From IMG/VR virus record IMGVR_UViG_3300050139_000325, positions 1 through 41,715 of that record: a DNA stretch of 41,715 nt; one strand, given 5' to 3'. The notes beneath the pieces are model-generated. The model was not told the origin of the DNA, did no database searches, and worked only from the letters and a program-made list of their open reading frames with translations. This stretch comes from a virus. A program made the translations under genes and the position numbers. This document shows positions 7,962 through 15,297 of this stretch, piece by piece (positions within the stretch are counted from its first letter, which is position 1; each line of letters opens with the position of its first letter).

Positions 7962-8836
7962 AAGCCATCCATAATTGAAGCCAAGCGGTCGATGAAAGCA
8001 TTACTTTCAACAATACCTGTAGCTTCATCTATTCCTGTAGATATATATTCTATCTTCTTTATCAGATCGGTGTCAAGTAAAATGGAATCTCCTTTGGCGT
8101 TTAATCCATGAATTCTGATTTTTTCAATGTTAGAAGAATTAGCTGCAAATTTATGATAGATTTCTATCAGGGTTTCCTTAATCGATTTCTTCTTTTTGGC
8201 CTTAATAATCAATTGTAGAGTCTCTTGGACCTCTTCAGTTCGAGAAGATAGATTTAAAAAAGGGGACCCCAATAATTTACGATCCATGAAGATTTCTCCT
8301 GCCATAGCTCTATTCAAATTATTCAACTCTTTTAAAAAATTATCCTTTGCGATAATATTGAAACTGATGCTATATTTAATCTTATCATCGATGTCTCGGC
8401 GCATTAGCCATAAATAATGCGATAAATATTCAATAACATTTCCAATACTGATTCCGCTCCTTCTATCTTCTTTTATTAAGATAGCTTCTCTGTCTTTATA
8501 TTTTATGACAATATGAGTTTTTTCTGATTCACCTTCGTTCAGAGTTTTTGGATTGTCTCTTTCCGAGGCAGATTCTTTATCGATCAAAGGAGGCCGATGA
8601 TAATATTTACCAGATTTAAAAATTAATTTGTGGGCACCACCTTCAAAAAGAGCATAGTCTATGAGGTGAAATTTATGATTTTTGAAAAGATCATAGACTC
8701 TATCGCTTTTATCAAGATTAACAATATAATCAATAACATCCTTAATAATAATAGGGTCTGAAACCATATGTGACGGAGTGGATAAGTCATTGACGATCAA
8801 AGAATAAAAACCAATTTTCCTCTTAGCAATGCTCAT
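7958..8836 (-). CDS. Uncharacterised soluble protein (292 aa), candidate sensor of a RexA-like / Abi module
   Basis: Uninterrupted ORF in very AT-rich DNA, where random long ORFs are rare. RBS AAGGAGG upstream. No TM segments or catalytic motif recognised. Confidence 0.8.
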   Translation of the reverse strand: MSIAKRKIGFYSLIVNDLSTPSHMVSDPIIIKDVIDYIVNLDKSDRVYDLFKNHKFHLIDYALFEGGAHKLIFKSGKYYHRPPLIDKESASERDNPKTLNEGESEKTHIVIKYKDREAILIKEDRRSGISIGNVIEYLSHYLWLMRRDIDDKIKYSISFNIIAKDNFLKELNNLNRAMAGEIFMDRKLLGSPFLNLSSRTEEVQETLQLIIKAKKKKSIKETLIEIYHKFAANSSNIEKIRIHGLNAKGDSILLDTDLIKKIEYISTGIDEATGIVESNAFIDRLASIMDGL

Positions 8837-8907
8837 GATTCCTCCTTAAATCATATTTCTTTATTGTCTCTTTAAATCCTGGATGAAAAAAAAGAGAGTT
8901 TCTCCTG

Positions 8908-9177
8908 TTAAATTGGGGGCAATTCTTGATTGCAATAGCGGCAAATTTTGGCTTCCGACTTAATTAATTCGGCGCAGAATGGGCATTTTTTCATGCCTTC
9001 CGAGATCGATTGGCGTTCCAATTCCGCCTGGTCTTTTTTAATTACCAGGGAATGTGGCAGGGCCACAATGAACAGCAGCGCCCCATATAGCCACCAGGCT
9101 ACGAAATTTCTTCCCTTTGATTGGGCGATGGCCGCCGGAATCAAACCGATCAGCACGGCTAAAATCAATACCCCCAT
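8908..9177 (-). CDS. Small membrane protein with C-terminal zinc ribbon (89 aa)
   Basis: Two TM segments (VLILAVLIGLIPAAIA, FVAWWLYGALLFIVALP) plus CPFC...CRYC. RBS GGGAGG lies immediately after the repressor stop. Confidence 0.7.
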   Translation of the reverse strand: MGVLILAVLIGLIPAAIAQSKGRNFVAWWLYGALLFIVALPHSLVIKKDQAELERQSISEGMKKCPFCAELIKSEAKICRYCNQELPPI

Positions 9178-9193
9178 GATTTTGCCTCCCTGG

Positions 9194-9670
9194 TTAATCC
9201 AAAATGGAAAGATAGCGTTTCACCATAGCCTTATCTGGTTTGATCCGGTCCTCGACACAGTCATTATATACTCGGAAGATCAGCCGGAACTTTTGCGCCT
9301 TCTGAAGGGTTTTCTTTTCATCATTCACCTCTTCTTCAACTTTCGAAATGCAGTCACTCAACAATTCAAAATCTTTCGAGGCCAGAGGCCTGGCCTTGTC
9401 GGATTTGGGGGCGATTTCTTGTGAGGTTTTAGCAGGTTCTTCCCCAAAGATAATCCAATCTAACGATCGTCCGAAGGCATTTCTGATGGCGAGGCAACTT
9501 TTCAAGCCTGGAGAGGTCTCGCCCGTTTTCCATCGGGTTATAGCTCGCTGAATGCCAATTTTCTCATTGAATTCATTCTGATCATTGAGGCCCTCTTCTC
9601 GCATCAATTTCCCAATTCTCTCAAGAAATTTTGCCAGCCATTCTGGGTCTTTAAAAAAATTATCCGTCAA
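9194..9670 (-). CDS. CI-like XRE-family HTH repressor (no peptidase domain)
   Basis: The HTH EFNEKIGIQRAITRWKTGETSP...LAIRNAFGRSLDWIIFG matches the Cro/CI pattern. TTG start. Sits at the immunity position, divergent from the early genes. Confidence 0.7.
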   Translation of the reverse strand: MTDNFFKDPEWLAKFLERIGKLMREEGLNDQNEFNEKIGIQRAITRWKTGETSPGLKSCLAIRNAFGRSLDWIIFGEEPAKTSQEIAPKSDKARPLASKDFELLSDCISKVEEEVNDEKKTLQKAQKFRLIFRVYNDCVEDRIKPDKAMVKRYLSILD

Positions 9671-9716
9671 CGGTTAAATTATCCTCTTGACTAATATCCG
9701 CTGCGTGTATTATCCT
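9661..9716. promoter_or_regulatory. Repeated (A)TTATCC/TATCC boxes with a candidate rightward promoter
   Basis: TATCC at 9661, 9680, 9695 and 9711; ATTATCCT at 9678-9685 and 9709-9716. TTGACT at 9687-9692 with TATTAT/TATCCT 15-18 nt downstream. On the minus strand the boxes read GGATAAT (-10-like). Confidence 0.4.
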
Positions 9717-9743
9717 AATTCTTAGGACCCCAAGGAGGCGAGT

Positions 9744-10001
9744 ATGGCTGAAACCGAAATTGTTGCCCACTTGCGATTTGCCCCGGAGAGTCTGGATTTG
9801 CTCCGTAAATTCCGGGAAGATTTGATCATTGTGCACCACGCCTTGGGCGAATCGCCGGAAGGGAAGGCGGCCTTCGAAAGGTTTATTACGAGCCTTGCCG
9901 GGTCATTTGAAAAGCTCCTTGAAATCTTTCAGGAGGCGCCGGGCCTCGGCGAAACCGTCATTGGTGAGTTCGATTCTGGCGCCGCAAAGGCAGGCGATTG
10001 A
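9744..10001 (+). CDS. Hypothetical 85-aa protein at the cro position (uncertain; its 3' end overlaps a convergent ORF)
   Basis: Strong RBS AAGGAGG 5 nt before the ATG. No HTH recognised. Confidence 0.4.
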   Translation: MAETEIVAHLRFAPESLDLLRKFREDLIIVHHALGESPEGKAAFERFITSLAGSFEKLLEIFQEAPGLGETVIGEFDSGAAKAGD

Positions 10002-10106
10002 ATCACCGGCCTGCTTTTCCGAGAGGTTATGTTCGGAAACGGCGCCACACTTCGGGCAAGTGAAGGCTCCGATAATGCTCAGGTCTTTGCCGATTTTATA
10101 AGTCAA
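9903..10106 (-). CDS. 68-aa zinc-ribbon protein
   Basis: MLTYKIGK...CPKC...CLC pattern. RBS AAGGAA before ATG 10106. The longer 110-aa form is unlikely. Confidence 0.5.
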   Translation of the reverse strand: MTYKIGKDLSIIGAFTCPKCGAVSEHNLSEKQAGDSIACLCGARIELTNDGFAEARRLLKDFKELFK

Positions 10107-10142
10107 CATTGTAGTTCCTTTATAAACGAAGCACCCCGGGGC

Positions 10143-10221
10143 CGCCATCCGGCCGTTCCGGTGATAGTGCCCGCCATCGGGTGGGATTAGGCCCGCCAAG
10201 ACTCGGCCCCGCCCGATGGCG
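10143..10221. promoter_or_regulatory. Three copies of a 10-mer CGCCATC(C/G)GG (two direct, one inverted): candidate operators
   Basis: cgccatccgg at 10143-10152, cgccatcggg at 10172-10181, cccgatggcg (exact reverse complement) at 10212-10221. They lie between the divergent starts at 10106 (-) and 10263 (+). Confidence 0.5.
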
Positions 10222-10262
10222 ATTTGGAATAACAATTTAGCACAGCGGATAAGGATAACACA

Positions 10263-10526
10263 ATGAAATATCTGAACCCGGCGCAGAGCAATTATCTCAA
10301 GGGCCTCGTGAGGATGCGGGGCGAGACCACCGTGTCTCTGGCCGCCAAATTGGGGCGCCCCTGGTCCACGATCTATGGCGTGATCAACGGTAACCGGGCC
10401 AATCCTGAGGCGCGCCAGGGCATCGCCGCCTTCCTGGGCATGACGGTGGAGGAATTGTTTCTCCAGCAGCCCCCGGCAGAGATGGTCGGCGGGGCCGGTT
10501 CAGATGAATTAGCCGTGAATGAATAA
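10263..10526 (+). CDS. Ner/Cro-like HTH DNA-binding protein
   Basis: YLKGLVRMRGETTVSLAAKLGRPWSTIYGVINGNR...IAAFLGMTVEELF resembles Mu Ner / Nlp-type HTH proteins. Confidence 0.65.
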   Translation: MKYLNPAQSNYLKGLVRMRGETTVSLAAKLGRPWSTIYGVINGNRANPEARQGIAAFLGMTVEELFLQQPPAEMVGGAGSDELAVNE

Positions 10527-10593
10527 GGATGGGGTTTCGCATGCTTAAGAGGATAAACCCAACCAGCCCCGGCTACTATCCAAAAGTGACAGG

Positions 10594-10630
10594 CCCGAAA
10601 CCCGCGTGGTTATCGGGTTTTATTTTTTTT
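10594..10630 (+). terminator. Rho-independent terminator after the Ner-like gene
   Basis: CCCGAAAC / GTTATCGGG stem (one bulge), 7-nt loop, then TTTTATTTTTTTT. Confidence 0.7.
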
Positions 10631-10640
10631 GAGTTTTCAG

Positions 10641-10696
10641 TGGACAATTGGAGTTCCAAATCTTCGGGTTTGGACAATTGAGAGGGCTATTGTCCC
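10641..10696. promoter_or_regulatory. TGGACAATTG boxes (two direct, one inverted partial copy)
   Basis: TGGACAATTG at 10641-10650 and 10671-10680, exactly 30 bp apart. ATTGTCC (inverted GGACAAT) at 10690-10696 abuts ATG 10697. Confidence 0.55.
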
Positions 10697-11041
10697 ATGA
10701 CTGTCCAAAATAAATTGTGGTCCTGCGGGAGTAAAGGATTCTGGGCCGATATCGACCGCTCCATCAGCTTTCTGGTGCGGGACCTGATCACCGGCCGGGA
10801 CGTGGTGCGTCTGGCGAAGGCCCTGAAAGACGCCGGAATCGAGCGGTGTTCGGACTCACTCCTCTACAAATGGGCCAACCCGAATGCCGAACAGCGCCCC
10901 TCCCTGAAAGCCTTCCTCCTCCTGGTGAAGATTTGCGAGGACTGCGGCCCGATTGAATCCATCAATGCGGCCTGCGGCAAGATTGGCGTTCCGGACGATG
11001 ATGTTTTGGAGGGGATGAAGTTTTTTTATGGCCGAATTTGA
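10697..11041 (+). CDS. Hypothetical early protein (114 aa), possibly regulatory
   Basis: ORF directly downstream of the repeated boxes. No firm motif. Confidence 0.5.
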   Translation: MTVQNKLWSCGSKGFWADIDRSISFLVRDLITGRDVVRLAKALKDAGIERCSDSLLYKWANPNAEQRPSLKAFLLLVKICEDCGPIESINAACGKIGVPDDDVLEGMKFFYGRI

Positions 11042-11149
11042 GAAGCGGGCGCGGCTCCGGCAGCCGGAGGGTTTAAGGACCACAGGCGGGACGCCTGTGC
11101 CACTGGACGCCTGCCCCACCAGGACGCCGGCGCCACTGAGGCCGGGGGC

Positions 11150-11374
11150 ATGAGCGGGCTTGCTCCGGAATTGACGGACGCCCTGGCCTGGCTGGATTAT
11201 TGCCTGGAGGAGGCTGAGGCGGCCATGGGGGCGGTGAAGGCGGCGGCGGCAATTCTCAGGGCGCTTCCCAGCCGGGAAAGAATGAATTTCCATGCCGTCT
11301 ATCTGAGGTCCGCGGAGCTCACGACCCTCAGGATGCTCTGTGCCCGAATTGGTCAGCGGGAAAAATATTCATAG
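11150..11374 (+). CDS. Hypothetical early protein (74 aa)
   Basis: ORF in the early operon. A possible 41-aa ORF (11028-11153) is coupled upstream by an ATGA overlap. Confidence 0.4.
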   Translation: MSGLAPELTDALAWLDYCLEEAEAAMGAVKAAAAILRALPSRERMNFHAVYLRSAELTTLRMLCARIGQREKYS

Positions 11375-11381
11375 GTGAAAT

Positions 11382-11633
11382 ATGCAGCCCGGGAAGATTA
11401 ATCAATTCAAATGCGACGGCTATAGGGTTTGGCTAACTCCCTGGGGATGTATAGAAAACCAATTATCTGAATACTGTTTACCGGGATTTCCCTGTGAGAC
11501 TTGTGAGGAAACGGGCCTGATCATAATCGCTTTCCCGAAAGTTCCTAAAAAACCAAACCCAAGAAATCGCTCCCGGCCTGGCTTAAGAACGCCTCCCCGG
11601 CGGTTCGCCGATCCTATGCCGGAGGATGAATAA
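11382..11633 (+). CDS. Hypothetical Cys-rich early protein (83 aa)
   Basis: ORF with C-x-n-C spacing (CDGY...CIEN...CLPGFPCETCEE) and a basic Pro-rich tail. Confidence 0.45.
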   Translation: MQPGKINQFKCDGYRVWLTPWGCIENQLSEYCLPGFPCETCEETGLIIIAFPKVPKKPNPRNRSRPGLRTPPRRFADPMPEDE

Positions 11634-12092
11634 TTGAAAATCCTTATTCGTCTCATCTCGATTATTCTCTTTCTCTGCCCCACCGCGGCCCTGGCCTGGC
11701 CCTCGACGCCGCCCCGGATCGGCCACCTGGTGCTCAGCCAGGAATATTGGGGGTACATCATCGAGGCCGCCCACGATTATGATGTGAGCCCCTATATCAT
11801 CCAGGGGGTCCTGGCCATCGAGAGCCGCTATGATCCGTGCGCCACCTCCGGCCGGGGCCGGTGCATCGGCCTGATGCAGCTTGACCGGGGTGTGGCCCGA
11901 CTGCTCCAAGTGAACCCCCTGGGATCCTCGGGAGAATATCCGGGGCGGGGCCCAGGTTCTGGCGCGGCTCTTGAAAAGCACGACGGCAATCTGCTTCTCG
12001 CTGTGAGGGAGTATAACGGCACCGGCAACCGGGCCTATGAACGAGAGGTTATCCGGGCCGTGAGGCAGGCGGAAAGGGGCGAAAAGCAGTGA
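11634..12092 (+). CDS. Secreted lytic transglycosylase (SLT domain) with an internal compensated frameshift
   Basis: Signal peptide MKILIRLISIILFLCPTAALA. Catalytic AIESRYDP...GLMQL and the C-terminal REYNGTGN motif are in frame. The conserved DPRENIRGGAQVLARLLK block is encoded in the +1 frame at 11923-11976. Confidence 0.8.
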   Translation: MKILIRLISIILFLCPTAALAWPSTPPRIGHLVLSQEYWGYIIEAAHDYDVSPYIIQGVLAIESRYDPCATSGRGRCIGLMQLDRGVARLLQVNPLGSSGEYPGRGPGSGAALEKHDGNLLLAVREYNGTGNRAYEREVIRAVRQAERGEKQ

Positions 12093-14707
12093 GCAAATTA
12101 CTGCAACTGCGCCCCGATCCGGCCGAGCACGTCGCCGCCACCCTGAAATGGCTGCATCCGGGAGATGAGGTATTCGAGATCTGCCTGATCTCGCCACCCC
12201 AGGCCGAAAACCGGCAGTTATGGGAAGGCCGGGCCTTCGGGAAGAAGCGGATCGTGGCCGGCTGGTTCCGGGACAAGGAGAAGGCCGCCGCCCTGGTGGC
12301 CCAGGTTAAGGCCGAGGGTATCTATCTGACCCTAAATCCCTGCCAGGAAAGCCTCTTGGGGCGGGCCAATGAACGCCTCAAGGCCAACGCCGACCGCAGC
12401 AATGACAAGGATATGGCGGGATTCCGGAATCTGCTCATCGACGTGGACCCGAAGCGGCCGGCGGGCGTGAGCAGCTCCGATAATGAACACGAGTTAGCCG
12501 TGCTCTTCGCCCAGCAATTAAAGACCGACCTGGCTGCAGCCGGCTGGCCGGCGCCCCTGGTGGGCGACTCGGGCAACGGCGCCCACCTGATTTACGCCCT
12601 CGAACTGGACAATACCCCCGAAAATACCGAGTTACTCAAGGGCGTCCTGGGCGCCCTGGGGCAGCGGTATGCCGCCAAGCTGGCGGAGTGCGGGCTGGAT
12701 ATCGACGGCAAAAATTTCAACGCCGCCCGGCTCTCCAAACTCTACGGCACCCAGACGCACAAAGGCGATCACACAACCGAGCGGCCGCACCGATGGTCGC
12801 GCATTGTCGAGTTGCCGGCTGAGCGCGCACCTGTGTCCCTAAAACTACTCCAGGACCTGGCGGCGTCTGTTTCGCCGCAGGCAAGTGGCGGAAGTGGCGG
12901 AACTTTACGCCACCCAGGAGAAGAAAAGGGGAAAGGGTTTTTTGACCTGGCGGCGTACCTTGACCACTATGGGGTGGAGGTCTTGAAGGTGAAAGAGCAT
13001 GGCCGCGGCCAGTTGTCATGCCTGGCGCAATGCGTCTTTGACCCGGCCCATAATAGCAATGAGGCGGCAATCGGCCAGGCGGTCGACGGCAAGCTCTTTT
13101 ACCAGTGTTTTCATAATTCGTGTCAGGGCCGGACATGGACCGAGGCCCGGGCGTTGATCAGCCACAGCGATAAGCTGGGGCAGTTTATGGTGGGCGGGAC
13201 ACCGGCCCCAGGGAAACGCCGGGGCAATTCGCAGGTGGTGGGCGGTGGGAAGGCCCCAGGGACGCCCCCGGCGCCTCCAGGCGCGCCGCCCACCCAACCG
13301 GCCACCGAAGGCTTCTCCTGGTCAGATTGGGGCAATGCCCGCCGGCTGGCGGACTTACACGGCCAGGATTTGCGGTTTAACCACCTCAACAAGGAATGGT
13401 ATTACTGGACCGGCCGATGCTGGGAGGTGGACAACTGCGGCGAGGTGGTGCGCCGGGCCAAAGCGACGGTGGAAAGTCTCTATGATGAGGCCCGGGGATT
13501 GGAATGGGAGTCCGAGACGCGTCAAAAGCTGTTCAAATTCGCCCTGAAATCGGAGGCCTCCGGGCAGATTGCCGGGATGCTGAACCTGGCAAGGAGTGAG
13601 CCGGGTATCCCGGTATTGCCGGAGGAGTTCGACGCCGATCCGTGGCTGTTCAACGTGGCCAATGGCACCATTGATCTCCGGACCGGGAACTTACGAAAAC
13701 ACCGGCGGGAGGATCTGCTCACCTGCCTGTCGCCGGTGGCCTATGATCCGGAGGCGACCTGCGAAAATTTTGAGAGATTCTTGTTTGAGGTTATGGGCGC
13801 TGGCCATGATCAGGAAACGGCAGCGCGGGCAGATGATCTCTCATATTTTTTGCAGCTTTCCTTCGGCTACGCCCTGACCGGCGATACCCGGGAGGAATGT
13901 TTTTGGATGTTCTGGGGCGCCGGGGCCAACGGCAAGGGCACCCTGATGCACTGTATCAGCCACATTTTTGGCACGTATTGGCTCAATGTCAGCACTGAAA
14001 CCCTGCTGGCCAAGGATAATCCCGGGCAACAAATCCGCTCGGATGTTGCCCGGTTGGCCGGGCCGCGGCTGATTACCGCGGCGGAGATCGATAAGGGGCG
14101 AAGGCTTTCAGAGTCTCTGGTTAAGGGGTTCACCGGACAAGATACGGTTACTGCAAGGTTTTTGTATGGCAAGGAATTTGATTTCGTCCCCAAATTCAAA
14201 CTCTTCATCGAGACGAACAATAAACCAATTATCAGGGATTTAACCAACGCCACCTGGCGCCGGCTGAAGCTGGTGGAGTTCCCCATGGACTTCCGGAAGA
14301 ACCCGGACCGGGAATTGGGAACGAAACTGCGGGCCGAAAGCCCCGGCATCCTGGCGTGGCTGGTCCGGGGTTGTCTGGCCTGGCAGGAGACCGGCACTCT
14401 TTCTGAACCAGATTCCGTCAAGGCGGCGGTGCAGGATTACCGTGACCAGATGAATCCCTTGAAGGATTTCCTGGAGGCGAAGTGTCTCATTGCGCCGGAA
14501 TTGACTACCCCCGCCGCCGATCTCTATGGAGCTTATTGCGATTGGGCTGAGACTAACCTGCAAAAGAAGGAACGATTGACCAAGCGAGCGTTTGGCCTGG
14601 CCCTGGGAGAGCAGGGCTTCAAGAACCACGCCGACAATGGCAGAGAATTGAAAGGGACGGCGGGCGTGCGGCTTTGGCGTGGCCTGGGGTTGAGAACAAT
14701 TGAGTAA
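12089..14707 (+). CDS. Bifunctional primase-polymerase (AEP) / D5-P4-family helicase
   Basis: N-terminal prim-pol features (IYLTLNPC, LIDVDPKRP, GDSGNGAHLIY). C-terminal P4/D5 NTPase with Walker A GAGANGKGT and the NKPI / WRR motifs. Confidence 0.85.
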   Translation: MSKLLQLRPDPAEHVAATLKWLHPGDEVFEICLISPPQAENRQLWEGRAFGKKRIVAGWFRDKEKAAALVAQVKAEGIYLTLNPCQESLLGRANERLKANADRSNDKDMAGFRNLLIDVDPKRPAGVSSSDNEHELAVLFAQQLKTDLAAAGWPAPLVGDSGNGAHLIYALELDNTPENTELLKGVLGALGQRYAAKLAECGLDIDGKNFNAARLSKLYGTQTHKGDHTTERPHRWSRIVELPAERAPVSLKLLQDLAASVSPQASGGSGGTLRHPGEEKGKGFFDLAAYLDHYGVEVLKVKEHGRGQLSCLAQCVFDPAHNSNEAAIGQAVDGKLFYQCFHNSCQGRTWTEARALISHSDKLGQFMVGGTPAPGKRRGNSQVVGGGKAPGTPPAPPGAPPTQPATEGFSWSDWGNARRLADLHGQDLRFNHLNKEWYYWTGRCWEVDNCGEVVRRAKATVESLYDEARGLEWESETRQKLFKFALKSEASGQIAGMLNLARSEPGIPVLPEEFDADPWLFNVANGTIDLRTGNLRKHRREDLLTCLSPVAYDPEATCENFERFLFEVMGAGHDQETAARADDLSYFLQLSFGYALTGDTREECFWMFWGAGANGKGTLMHCISHIFGTYWLNVSTETLLAKDNPGQQIRSDVARLAGPRLITAAEIDKGRRLSESLVKGFTGQDTVTARFLYGKEFDFVPKFKLFIETNNKPIIRDLTNATWRRLKLVEFPMDFRKNPDRELGTKLRAESPGILAWLVRGCLAWQETGTLSEPDSVKAAVQDYRDQMNPLKDFLEAKCLIAPELTTPAADLYGAYCDWAETNLQKKERLTKRAFGLALGEQGFKNHADNGRELKGTAGVRLWRGLGLRTIE

Positions 14708-14960
14708 CCATCCGCCACTACGCCACTATTCCGCCATGGCTTGCGCCACTCTTAAGTATTTGATTTTGCAATAGATGTTAGAACAGTGGCGGAAAGGGGC
14801 GCAAGAAACAGGTAACTCCACATGCGTATGCGTATGAATAGGTTTTGTTATTATATATGCCTATTCCGCCTCTTTTAAAAAAAGAAGAAAGAAAAGAGGA
14901 AGTTAGGGATGGCGGATGGCGGGGCGGAATAGTGGCGGAGAGGGTGGTTCCGCCACTGGG
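14708..14960. repeat. Iteron cluster with AT-rich core: candidate replication origin (a packaging-site role is also possible)
   Basis: (C)CGCCAC(T)/CCGCCAT at 14712, 14721, 14731 and 14743. Inverted AGTGGCGG at 14785. ATGGCGG x2 at 14909-14922; TCCGCCACTGG at 14949. 15-bp perfect inverted repeat 14721-14735 / 14923-14937 flanking an A/T-rich stretch (~14845-14905). Confidence 0.55.
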
Positions 14961-14967
14961 AGGGTTT

Positions 14968-15114
14968 ATGCGGCTTAGGTCTCTGGGCCTGATGTTCTGG
15001 CTGGTGATGGTGGCCGGGCTATTGGCGGCGCCGTTCCTTGGGGAGCGCGTCTTCTGGTATCAACTCGAACAGCAGGCCGTGCAGGCAGATGTGGTTGAGG
15101 GGAATCAGGAGTGA
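14968..15114 (+). CDS. 48-aa single-TM micro-protein (tentative; internal start of the 89-aa ORF-track entry)
   Basis: GGGAGGG RBS before ATG 14968; MRLRSLGLMFWLVMVAGLLAAPFLG... Confidence 0.25.
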   Translation: MRLRSLGLMFWLVMVAGLLAAPFLGERVFWYQLEQQAVQADVVEGNQE

Positions 15115-15297
15115 GCGGTGGCTTCCTCAATATGCGGGGTGGTGGTAGGCACCGGGCGGCCGGCCCTCCTCGATTCAATGGGTCCTTCCCCGGCCTAAAA
15201 GTAACAAGGGTCCGAAGGCTCGGGGTGTACCTACTTATGAAGTTTTTTGATGATTTCGTAAAACGGTAAATGCGAAATGGTACGACACTAAAGCGAA

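Noticed and set aside
9903-10235. 110-aa long form of the zinc-ribbon ORF
   Set aside because: The N-terminal extension covers the operator-like repeat region and has no RBS. The internal ATG 10106 has one.
11583-12197. 204-aa minus-strand ORF
   Set aside because: It is antisense to the SLT gene and the start of the primase gene, with an Arg/Pro/Gly-rich translation. It is a shadow ORF.
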